Shown: in pieces, positions 1-8,713 of the stretch
Layout of the letters: each line of letters starts with the position of its first letter
Numbering within the stretch: position 1 is the stretch's first letter
Assembly (NCBI GenBank): GCA_937884755.1
Contig: CAKZYJ010000469.1
Coordinates: 7,666-71,665, forward strand
DNA length: 64,000 bases
Source: an uncultured Flammeovirgaceae bacterium
GTDB taxonomy: Bacteria > Bacteroidota > Bacteroidia > Cytophagales > Cyclobacteriaceae
Reading direction: 5' to 3'
The notes under the pieces: model-generated
The model's input: only the letters and a program-made list of their open reading frames with translations
Told to the model about the DNA's origin: nothing
Databases searched by the model: none
Program-made: the position numbers and the translations under genes

Positions 1-1
1 A

Positions 2-478
2 GATCTGAAAGTGCGACGCCAGTTTAACCGCTATATGGTGGTGTATCTATATATTCTGATGTACCTGCCTTTAGTGCTAGCAACAGGCTGGTTTATTAGC
101 TGGATTGTACAGCTTATTAGCCCTGACCAATACGGCCTGCTAACCGAACAGGCCGACCAGATGACCTCCACGCTGTTCCGGCCTGTTAACGACCTAAACG
201 ACGCGGTAAGCCTGCTAGGTCGTTTCTTAGGTGCGTTTCTGTACTTTGCGCTGTTTACTTGGCAGTGGGACGGGCAAACTCCCGGAAAAAGACTGTTGCA
301 TATTAAAGCCGCTAAGATTAACGGCGCTTCGTTTACCTTCTGGTCTAGTTTGGAACGAGCTACTGGCTACACTTCTTCTGCCGCCTTTCTGCTCTACGGA
401 TTTTTGCAGTACTTCTGGGACCGAAATCGACAAACCACCCACGACAAAATTTCGGAGACAGTGGTGGTTGAAGCATAA
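2..478 (+). CDS. RDD family membrane protein (5' end outside window)
   Basis: Frame is open from the window edge. Has hydrophobic helices and the RDD-type motifs GQTPGKRLLHIK and QTTHDKISETVVV. Confidence 0.85.
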   Translation, partial: DLKVRRQFNRYMVVYLYILMYLPLVLATGWFISWIVQLISPDQYGLLTEQADQMTSTLFRPVNDLNDAVSLLGRFLGAFLYFALFTWQWDGQTPGKRLLHIKAAKINGASFTFWSSLERATGYTSSAAFLLYGFLQYFWDRNRQTTHDKISETVVVEA

Positions 479-513
479 ATAACCTTCCTCTTTTTTAGTT
501 TTGTAAAAAGACT

Positions 514-1264
514 GTTAACCAGCATGGCGATACTAAAGGATGATACTCGATTAATTGCTTTCAGTAATCTTCACAACTTCAAAAACCAAATCAAATTTGC
601 GTTCGTTAGTCTAGTTGTTCTCAGTGGCTGCTCAGAAGATTGGGGCAGTACCCACATTGAAGGAGTGATGATTCGGGCAGATAGTAACCAGCCGGTAGTC
701 AACCAATTAATTACTGTTCATGGTTTTAAGGAGCGAAAGGGATTTCTATGGGGTACTTGGGGAGCAGGTAATGAGCAAATCATTACTACCCACGAAACTT
801 CTACCGACAGTTTAGGAAGATTTACTCTGGCAATTGAGCGGAACAAAGACGTATTTTATTACGGAGTTCGTGTAGAAAATGTAATCAATACTCTAGAAAG
901 TAATCAGTTCTGGTGCGATCCTCCTCAAGTTTTTCCTTCAGATTCGCTCGAGCCGGAAAAAACACATAGTATAACAGTTTCTATCGTATGCCCGACTTAC
1001 GTGTTTGGAGTGGTTAAAGACCAACTGGCAAATGAACGAGCTGGGATTGAAGTAATAGTTACCGGATTTGCTACTGATACAGAAATACTTCGTTTATCCG
1101 ATGTCACCGACGAAGAGGGCAGATTTTACTTTCCGATTTCATATGATGAGAATCTTACTAGCCTTACTTTAACTATAATAGATCAGGAATTTAACTGTGC
1201 CCCCTCCATATGTGCCAATCTTGTAGTAGGAGAACAAAATGATCTTGAGATCATGCTTGATAAC
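514..1264 (+). mobile_element. solo gene-cassette-like unit bounded by inverted cores
   Basis: GTTAACCAGCAT (514-525) is followed at the gene end by ATGCTTGATAAC (1253-1264), whose reverse complement GTTATCAAGCAT matches it at 10/12 positions. Confidence 0.4.
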
Positions 1265-1267
1265 TAA
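524..1267 (+). CDS. hypothetical lipoprotein with two carboxypeptidase-regulatory-like beta-sandwich repeats
   Basis: Lipobox-like VLSGC after a hydrophobic stretch; two repeats of the type 'T(S)TD..GRF.(L/F)'. Confidence 0.55.
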   Translation: MAILKDDTRLIAFSNLHNFKNQIKFAFVSLVVLSGCSEDWGSTHIEGVMIRADSNQPVVNQLITVHGFKERKGFLWGTWGAGNEQIITTHETSTDSLGRFTLAIERNKDVFYYGVRVENVINTLESNQFWCDPPQVFPSDSLEPEKTHSITVSIVCPTYVFGVVKDQLANERAGIEVIVTGFATDTEILRLSDVTDEEGRFYFPISYDENLTSLTLTIIDQEFNCAPSICANLVVGEQNDLEIMLDN

Positions 1268-1288
1268 TTAAGGGGTAAAGAGTGTTCA

Positions 1289-2239
1289 TTAAAACACCTG
1301 CTCGGCTACACGACGCACCATTTCTGATTTGCTCATGGTATAGAAGTGGAGGCAAGGCACTCCGGCGGCTTTTAGCTCGCGGCACTGCTGAGCACACCAC
1401 TCAATACCTACCTCACGGACCTGTTTGTTATCTTTACATTTGGCCACTTCCTTTCGCAAATCTTCGGGAATATCCAGAAAGAAATACTTCGGCAAAGCTG
1501 TCAAGTGATTAAGCGTAGCCATAGGTTTTAAGCCGGGAATAATAGGCACATTGATACCATTAGCTCGACAGAGTTCCACAAAATTGAAGTACACCCGGTT
1601 ATCGAAGAACATCTGGGTTACAATAAACTCAGCTCCGGCTTCCACTTTCTGTTTCAGGTAATATAAATCTGTATCCAGATTGGGCGACTCAAAGTGTTTT
1701 TCGGGATAGCCCGCCGCACCAATACAGAAGTCGGTAGGAGTAGACACAGACTCTTCGTATAGATACTTTCCCTGGTTCATGCCGGTAATCTGCTCGATCA
1801 GCTCGTTAGCGTAGCAGTGGCCTTCGGGGTGAGGCACAAAACCAGGTTCGGTTTTTACCGGATCTCCCCGTAGCACCAGTACGTTATGAATACCCAGAAA
1901 ATCTAGATCAATCAGCATATTTTCCGTATCCTCCTGCGAAAACCCACCGCAAATAACGTGGGGGATGGTATCCACGTGATAACGGTTCTGGATAGCCGCG
2001 CAGATACCTACCGTGCCAGGGCGTTTACGGGTGACATACTTCTTCAGCATCCCGTTGCCCATTTCTTTGTAGACATGCTCCTCGCGATGATAAGTCACGT
2101 CAATAAAGGCTGGCTTGAACTCCATCAGCGTATCAATGTGCCGGAACAGTGTATGAATATCTTCACCTTTTTTGGGAGGAAGAATCTCAATAGTAAACAG
2201 CGTTTCCGTAGCCTGAGCTAGATGTTCGGTCACTTTCAT
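1289..2239 (-). CDS. metF: 5,10-methylenetetrahydrofolate reductase
   Basis: Motifs EILPP, PHVICGG, VLVLRGDP, AGYPEKH, AEFIVTQMFFDN and LHFYTM. Confidence 0.95.
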   Translation of the reverse strand: MKVTEHLAQATETLFTIEILPPKKGEDIHTLFRHIDTLMEFKPAFIDVTYHREEHVYKEMGNGMLKKYVTRKRPGTVGICAAIQNRYHVDTIPHVICGGFSQEDTENMLIDLDFLGIHNVLVLRGDPVKTEPGFVPHPEGHCYANELIEQITGMNQGKYLYEESVSTPTDFCIGAAGYPEKHFESPNLDTDLYYLKQKVEAGAEFIVTQMFFDNRVYFNFVELCRANGINVPIIPGLKPMATLNHLTALPKYFFLDIPEDLRKEVAKCKDNKQVREVGIEWCAQQCRELKAAGVPCLHFYTMSKSEMVRRVAEQVF

Positions 2240-2243
2240 GCTG

Positions 2244-2251
2244 CAAATATA
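2244..2251 (-). promoter_or_regulatory. Bacteroidota -7 promoter element of metF
   Basis: The minus strand reads TATATTTG (TAnnTTTG consensus) 4 bp upstream of the ATG, suggesting a nearly leaderless mRNA. Confidence 0.5.
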
Positions 2252-2342
2252 ATAGCTGTAGTGTTAATGTATGATTTAAGGGGTTCTAGTAATTTGTATG
2301 GTAATTTTGAATACCATACGGCCGCCGCCTGAACACTATCAC

Positions 2343-3056
2343 TTACAGGGTGGTGATGCTTTCCAGTAGCTTTTTGCGGTACGACTGGCTGACAGGAATA
2401 ATTTTATTTTCTACCTGTAGGTTGCTCTGATCAATATTGACGATTTTATCAACCCGAACAATGTAAGAACGATGTACCCGTAGAAACTCTCCCTGAGGTA
2501 AAGTATCTTCTACTGACTTCAGTGTAGCGTATACCGTATGTAGTTTGTCGGCAGTTTTTACGCGCACGTAATCCCCAAATGCTTCAATCCAATTAATGTC
2601 TTTTAGATAAAATTTTACCAATAAAGAGTCTACCTTCAGTATAATATGTTCGGGTTTTGTGGATGAAGGGGCAACATTGCTTTTCTCGTACTTCAGTTGG
2701 ACTCGCTGTACTGCCTGCAAAAAGCGAGCGTAGCTAGCTACTGGCTTAAGTAGATAATCGGTAACTTCGTAATCGAAGGCATCTAGGGCGTACTCTTTTT
2801 TGCTACTGATAATAATAATCTGTGGCTTAGGATTTAGCGTTTTTATAAGCTCTAACCCCGACATATCGGGCATTTCTACATCCAGGAACAATAGATCTAC
2901 GGGTGATTGCTGAAGAGCATTTGCAGCCGCTACCGGATCCTGAAAAGAGCCTATTAAATGTAGTGAATCAGTTTTCTTAACCAGTGCCTCCATGATCTTC
3001 AACGTCATGGCATCATCGTCAACTACCGCACAACTAAGCTTCCGGGCTGCACTCAT
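2343..3056 (-). CDS. LytTR family response regulator
   Basis: REC domain (VVDDD, LFLDVEMP, YLLKP) plus LytTR domain (FLRVHRSYIV). Confidence 0.95.
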   Translation of the reverse strand: MSAARKLSCAVVDDDAMTLKIMEALVKKTDSLHLIGSFQDPVAAANALQQSPVDLLFLDVEMPDMSGLELIKTLNPKPQIIIISSKKEYALDAFDYEVTDYLLKPVASYARFLQAVQRVQLKYEKSNVAPSSTKPEHIILKVDSLLVKFYLKDINWIEAFGDYVRVKTADKLHTVYATLKSVEDTLPQGEFLRVHRSYIVRVDKIVNIDQSNLQVENKIIPVSQSYRKKLLESITTL

Positions 3057-3112
3057 AAGGTAACTATTCAGATTAGATTGAAGGTGTTTTCTAAATTAAT
3101 ATACGTTTTTTT

Positions 3113-5053
3113 CTATTTTTCTGGTCGATTTTTTGAGACTTTATTATCTCCCTGAAGCGAGATGCGTTGACGGGCCTGTCGCGAGTGCCAAATAGCTTCC
3201 TGAGTCAACTCTTCCAATTGGTCAATAATAGATTTATCAGGCTGGGTCCGTTCCGATTGTTCGTAATAATCCTCTAACTGACTAAGTAGATGCTCAACTT
3301 TAGTTGCTCCTATGTACTGAAAGCCTGGTTTGGCTTTATGAACAGCTCGGTTAAGTTGCTGCGAATCATTTTTCTGCCAGGCCTGCCGTATTTTTTCAAT
3401 AGCCAGCGGGGCTTGCTGCTCAAAGGTATCTATCAGATCAATCATTAAATCTAGTTGGTTACCGGTGATTTGCTTAAGGTACTCAAGGTTTATTGAAGAA
3501 GAAATATCACGATCAAGAAGCAGCATTTTTTCCAGTAGCGTTTGGGGGAGAATAGGTTTAGACAGGGTAAGAATTACTCCTTCAATCGAGGAAGGTAAAG
3601 CAACTTGATGAACATTCCCAGATACTACGATAGTGGGAACTAGTCGTTGCTCCTGATGCAAAGTCTTCAGAACTTCAGCTCCATCTACTTCAGGCATCTG
3701 GTAGTCTAATATCAACAAATCATAGGCTTTTGTTCGTAGTTGATGCAAAGCTTGGGTGCCATTTTCGGCCACAATGTCGTGCAACCCCCACTGGGTTAAC
3801 AACTGAGTTACTACTTTCTGATTAATTGCATCGTCTTCGGCTACCAGCACTTTTTGGATACTTTGAAAAGCCGGTTGCTGAGAATCAGTTTCATTCTCCG
3901 GTGCTTCCCCTAGTGGTAAAGCAAGATTGATGGTGACCGTGGTTCCTTGTTGAGGCTGACTGGCAATAGCCCAGGTACCATCAAACCGTTCTACCAATTT
4001 TTGAACAATACTTAGCCCTAAGCCAGTACCTCCGTAGTACTGATGAATCTGTTCGTTAGCTTGGATGTAGGGGTTAGCAATACGTTTCTGTTCTGCTTTC
4101 GTCATTCCGATACCGGTATCGGAAACCGAAAAGCGAAGTTGAGCTACCGATTGGGTTGCGTCCAAGGTAGTATCTACCAAAAGCTTTATTTCGCCTTGCT
4201 CAGTAAATTTTACTGCGTTGCCCAACACGTTGTACAGTACCTGAGCCAACCGAGTAGCATCTCCAACTAGCCAGTCGGGCACCAAATTGCTTATTTGAAC
4301 CAACAGATTGACACCCTTTTCCTTACAACCGAAGTGGAATGCCTCAGCTACGCTCTGTACCAGTGTCCGAATTTGGAATGGGGCCGGACGAATCTCAATA
4401 GTACTGTTTTCCAACTTAGCCCAATCCAGCACATCGTTGACAATGGTGGTAAGATGTTGAGCAGTAGTTTTTAAGGCTTGCACTGAAGTATTTACTGAAG
4501 GACCCGCCTGCTCGGTTAGTAAATGAGCCAACCCCACAATACTATGCAGAGGAGTGCGCATCTCATGGCTCACCTGGGTAAAGAAATCAGATTTCATCTG
4601 CTCTATCCGCTGTAGCTCTTCGTTCTGATACCGCAGAAGTTCCTTTTCAAGAGCAGCAGCTCGTTGCTGAAGCCGAAGGTATTCGCCGGCAATGGCTTGC
4701 TCGTTTCGTTCCTGCTGCCAGGGTTGAAGGTAGGAGTAAAACTCAGTGAGATCGTAGATAAACCACTTTAAAATTTCCTCTGATACTCGATTGATAAAGA
4801 AAATAAAGTACAACTACAGGCCTAACAATGAAGTTATTATACATAAAAAGGATACATCGTTTCCCACGAGTAGCTGGGCAAATGCCTCCTGCATGGCTTC
4901 CATGAACGGAATGCTCTGATAAACGGAAGTTGCTAAAGGGATTTCAAATAAAGTTTGGCACGACTCTTTCACTTCGCCCTCAACTGTAAAGACCACATAC
5001 TGAGAACGTTGGTGGAAATACGCCAGTTTTTCTCGTACGAGCGAATTGTTCAT
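3113..5053 (-). pseudogene. hybrid histidine kinase (N-terminal PAS-like, HisKA, HATPase, REC, Hpt) with an in-frame TAG at 4814-4816
   Basis: ORFs 4814..5053 and 3113..4813 are in one frame separated by a single TAG. Motifs: H-box SHEMRTPL, N-box NVLGNAVKFT, G-boxes DTGIG/GGTGLGL, REC (LILDYQMP), Hpt (VHKAKPGF). Confidence 0.8.
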
Positions 5054-5535
5054 ACCATCCTTTGGGCCAGTTCGGTAAATATTACGTCTACATTTTCGCC
5101 AGTCTTAGCACTAGAAAGAGCGAATGGAGACAAAGGTAGCTGCTTGATAATATCGGTTCGTTCTTTTTCGGTGAATAGGTCTTTCTTGTTGCCCACTACT
5201 AGTACTGGCACGTTGGGCAGGTATTTTTTCAGGTTAATTATTTCAGTGTCCAGTTGCTCGTAAGTGGCGGGGCGGGTCAAGTCCACTACATAAATAACTC
5301 CGTGCGCTCCCAGTTTGTACGATTGAGGCACCTTCTGATGAGAAGATTCTCCGGCGATGTCCCAGATAATCATGGATACCTCTACCCCTTCCAGCGCTAC
5401 TACCTTCTTTTCAATATTGACCCCAATGGTGGTACTATACTGATCGGAGCACTTCCGGTGCACAAACCTTCGGGTTAGCGAGCTTTTTCCCACCCCGTAG
5501 TGTCCCAGCAATATCACTTTCTTACTTAGGGTCAT
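5050..5535 (-). CDS. Rab/Ras-like small GTPase (prokaryotic Rup-type)
   Basis: G1 GHYGVGKS, G2 TTIG, G3 WDIAG, G4 NKKD and G5 SSAK in a stand-alone 161-aa protein. Confidence 0.92.
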   Translation of the reverse strand: MTLSKKVILLGHYGVGKSSLTRRFVHRKCSDQYSTTIGVNIEKKVVALEGVEVSMIIWDIAGESSHQKVPQSYKLGAHGVIYVVDLTRPATYEQLDTEIINLKKYLPNVPVLVVGNKKDLFTEKERTDIIKQLPLSPFALSSAKTGENVDVIFTELAQRMV

Positions 5536-6385
5536 TAGCAGCCTGAGTAAAATAGCGCCGTAGCGGTTCTGATAGATAGTCGCTTTCTCCTCGATGAGTC
5601 GTTTCGTACTGAGTCGGATTCATTACCTTATGAACAAAATCGAGCACCTTGTCGTCCAGTTGCTGTCTAAAAGCGGCAGTAATCACTCCCGACACGGTAA
5701 CGGCTATGTAGAAGGTCTGAAAGTTTTTGATCAGAATCTTATAAGTTTCGTATTCAACCACCTCCAGGCTCTGATGCTCTTTGGCAAAGGCTTCTTTCAC
5801 AAACCCTCGAATGGCAGTCAACATACCGGCAATCATGTCACGATCTAGAATATTCTGGCGCGAATAGCTCCCCAACAGTATACTTGAGTCCTGCTCAATT
5901 ACGAAAACCTCCTCAATCGTAGGCTGCATGGCTTGCACAATAATTTCTTTCCCCAACGATTCACCGGTAACCCAGGCCCGGAACCGATGCTTCCACATAT
6001 CCCAGGAGAAGGCCTGATCTAGCTGTTGGTCGATCTTTTCCGACATTACCGCGATCTCTGCTACAATATATTTTTTGACTAGCGTGCCCATAATCGGATA
6101 GAGAGCATCTATTACTTCGCCGCGTGACTCTCGAATTTGCCGCTTGATTGTCTGGGTTAGAACCGACCCAAACAGCTCCGGGAAATGCTCTCGCAAATAG
6201 TTTAGCTTATCGTCAATGATGGGATCTACCTTCTGCTGCAACCGCTGGCGGGTGTTAATATCATCGTGAAGTTCTACTACCTGCTGGGCTAGTTGCTTTT
6301 GCTCTTTTTGTTCGTCTTCCAGCAACAGCTTTCGTAATTGCTCAAAGTTGCTTTTAGGTTCCACGGCTTCTTCCGGCATATTCAT
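5522..6385 (-). CDS. coiled-coil/DUF-type protein conserved next to Rup-type small GTPases
   Basis: N-terminal 'EQLRKLLL' coiled coil, AIKRQI..S...VIDALYPIMG motif, and a C-terminal longin/roadblock-like alpha/beta segment. Overlaps the GTPase start. Confidence 0.6.
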   Translation of the reverse strand: MNMPEEAVEPKSNFEQLRKLLLEDEQKEQKQLAQQVVELHDDINTRQRLQQKVDPIIDDKLNYLREHFPELFGSVLTQTIKRQIRESRGEVIDALYPIMGTLVKKYIVAEIAVMSEKIDQQLDQAFSWDMWKHRFRAWVTGESLGKEIIVQAMQPTIEEVFVIEQDSSILLGSYSRQNILDRDMIAGMLTAIRGFVKEAFAKEHQSLEVVEYETYKILIKNFQTFYIAVTVSGVITAAFRQQLDDKVLDFVHKVMNPTQYETTHRGESDYLSEPLRRYFTQAANDPK

Positions 6386-6476
6386 GGCGAGGGCTACTGT
6401 TTACAATACTTACGAACTAAGCCTTAAAATACAAATTTTGGGTTTATGTTTAAAACAGGGTGCCGCTAGAGTGTCC

Positions 6477-6821
6477 TCAGGATTGTAGTTTTTTACCAAT
6501 ATCCTCCAGCATCTTTCCCAAAGCAGAGCGATCGGCTGAGCTATTCTGTAATTCGCCAAACTTTTGCGTCATTTCTTCTTTAAGGGTGGCTACGTGCTTG
6601 TCCAAATCCTGACGAAGCTCCTTCACCATCTCATCCATCGTACTTTTCAGTGTAGACAGTTGCTGCTCTACCGCCGCTTTATGCTGCTGAATGAGTGACT
6701 GAGTATCATCAAACTCCTGCTCTATTTCTTTAATGGTATCGCCAAAAATGATGTCTTTAATGGCTTCTATCTTCGGGTCGCCAGCTGCGGCCGGGGTAGC
6801 TTTTTTCTTGTTTTCGCTCAT
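6477..6821 (-). CDS. small coiled-coil protein of the GTPase locus
   Basis: 'KIEAIKDIIFG' N-terminal motif, heptad-rich middle, and 'DRSALGKML' C-terminus. Confidence 0.6.
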   Translation of the reverse strand: MSENKKKATPAAAGDPKIEAIKDIIFGDTIKEIEQEFDDTQSLIQQHKAAVEQQLSTLKSTMDEMVKELRQDLDKHVATLKEEMTQKFGELQNSSADRSALGKMLEDIGKKLQS

Positions 6822-6861
6822 GCTATTGGTAGTTGATAGGGCATTTATTATGTTTTCTATG

Positions 6862-7494
6862 TTACATTTTTAGCAGCTTTCTCAGCGAACTTTCGTCCAC
6901 TTGACCGGAGGGATAAAGCCCTTCATTCTGCTGAAAATCCTTCAGGGCTTGTTCAGTAATATTGTTAAATATACCATCAACCGGAATATCGTGTCCATGA
7001 TCGAGCAATAAAGCCTGTAGTCTCCAGACTGCCGCCCCCTCATCTCCCCGCTTTAGATCTAGTAGTCGTTGCTGGCGCATTAGCTGAAATTGCTCAGGAG
7101 ACCAATCATTATCTTCCATCGTTTTAATTTCACTATTACCGAATCCAACCTGCTTTAGTTGCTGGGAGTGAATCAAACGATCTTCCAGATAGGCAGTAGT
7201 TTTTAATAGTTGCTGGTAATACTGAGAAGCTTGCATTGCCTCAGAATTGCTTTGGTCGGGATAGCGAACATCAATACCCTCGTTGTGCCAAAGTCGGCGA
7301 GCGAAGGCCCCGATTTCGAATACATTTTCGTAGTAGTGCTGTAGTGCCTCAGGGCTGTGGTAATACACGTCGATACTATCGCTGGCAACATAATCATAAG
7401 CTGAGGGAGGATTAAAGCGCCGGAACTTCTGGTACTGGTAGTAGGTAATGATTGGGAGCGTGATGATAATGACTAAAAGAGCTAGCCGCTTCAT
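6862..7494 (-). CDS. membrane-anchored peptidoglycan-binding (PG_binding_1) protein
   Basis: N-terminal TM helix; C-terminal LKRGDEG..V..LQ..L...G....VDGIF...TEQALKDFQ...GL..SG.VD. Confidence 0.85.
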   Translation of the reverse strand: MKRLALLVIIITLPIITYYQYQKFRRFNPPSAYDYVASDSIDVYYHSPEALQHYYENVFEIGAFARRLWHNEGIDVRYPDQSNSEAMQASQYYQQLLKTTAYLEDRLIHSQQLKQVGFGNSEIKTMEDNDWSPEQFQLMRQQRLLDLKRGDEGAAVWRLQALLLDHGHDIPVDGIFNNITEQALKDFQQNEGLYPSGQVDESSLRKLLKM

Positions 7495-7672
7495 GCGTAC
7501 ATAGATATGTTAGAGGTTGTTTACCGAGTATTTTCTTCAATGCGTCTAGTACGATGCTCTCTCTGCCGAATAATTAATTTATACTCCTTATAATTTTTCA
7601 GATTCGCACCACTATTATCCTAAAAATAGTAAAACGGTAGAGTTAAGAAAAAAATATTCTCCAAGAATCACT

Positions 7673-8713
7673 ATGAATACCATAATTTTCACCAACACTT
7701 TCCTATTACTTACCAAAGTTAACTCTTTGCCAACCAACCTACAGTGGATTTTGCAAACTTCTTCGTTGCTGAAGGGTGGTTTCTGGTACATAGGGATACT
7801 TTGCTTGGTTTGGATACCGATAATGCTATGGTGGCATTACCGGAAGGTAGTCTTCACTCCAGGTGCCTTATTGTTGCCAGATTGTATCTTGAATAAACCT
7901 TTAGAAGTTGCTGAGCCTATATTCCTTCATTCTTCGGCTGAATCGGGAAAAGATCCCATCGCACAACCTATTGCAGTTTCTAAACTATACCAAGAACTAG
8001 AGATGGCTAACCAGGATATTGAAATTTTTTTGTACAAAGCTTATCATAATTTTTTAGGTCCCATTGCTACCATTCGGGGAGTTTGTAATGTAGCCGTACT
8101 CGACGGGCAGGAAGAGCATTCAAAACAATATTTTACCCAAGTGAACCATGTAGCAGAATCTATGCTAACCATGCTGGAAAAATTACTGGAAATTTCGGGG
8201 ATTCATAACCATCGCACCAGTTTAGCCCAAATAAACCTCAATGGATTTATTAGAAACTACCAAGACAGCCAGGCTAACCATTCCGAAAGCGTTCAAGCTC
8301 GCTTCCAGCTAAACACTCCCTCGACTTTTCAGGTGTACACCGACTCTTTTTTGCTAACCACCGCCCTTGAAAAAATTATTACCAACGCCTACCGGTTTAG
8401 CAGGGAGAAGCCGCATCGAGTGGTTGATGTTTTTGTAAAACACCAGGAAACTACTGATTATGATATTATCAGACTCAAACAGTATGGTTTACTACTGCCG
8501 ACTGAAACGCTGGATAACTTATTTAAAATGTTTTACCGAAGCAGTGACAAGCCGGATGATCACGGGTTAGGATTTTACGCTGCCCGCTACGCCCTACGCC
8601 GTATGGGAGGAGATATTGCCATAGAATCGGGAGCCGGATACATTACTTTCTGCCTGAGATTACCTAAAGTACACTCCCACCTTCAGGTAAATGGAAATAA
8701 CGATTCAGAATAA
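7673..8713 (+). CDS. sensor histidine kinase-like protein with atypical motifs
   Basis: One TM helix, H-box AYHNFLGPIATIRG, LFKMFYR, and HGLGFYAAR (G2-like). Confidence 0.75.
   Translation: MNTIIFTNTFLLLTKVNSLPTNLQWILQTSSLLKGGFWYIGILCLVWIPIMLWWHYRKVVFTPGALLLPDCILNKPLEVAEPIFLHSSAESGKDPIAQPIAVSKLYQELEMANQDIEIFLYKAYHNFLGPIATIRGVCNVAVLDGQEEHSKQYFTQVNHVAESMLTMLEKLLEISGIHNHRTSLAQINLNGFIRNYQDSQANHSESVQARFQLNTPSTFQVYTDSFLLTTALEKIITNAYRFSREKPHRVVDVFVKHQETTDYDIIRLKQYGLLLPTETLDNLFKMFYRSSDKPDDHGLGFYAARYALRRMGGDIAIESGAGYITFCLRLPKVHSHLQVNGNNDSE

Noticed and set aside
6477-6821. Enzymatic label for the small protein (similar proteins are sometimes auto-annotated as fructose-1,6-bisphosphatase)
   Set aside because: It is a 114-aa coiled coil with no FBPase motifs.
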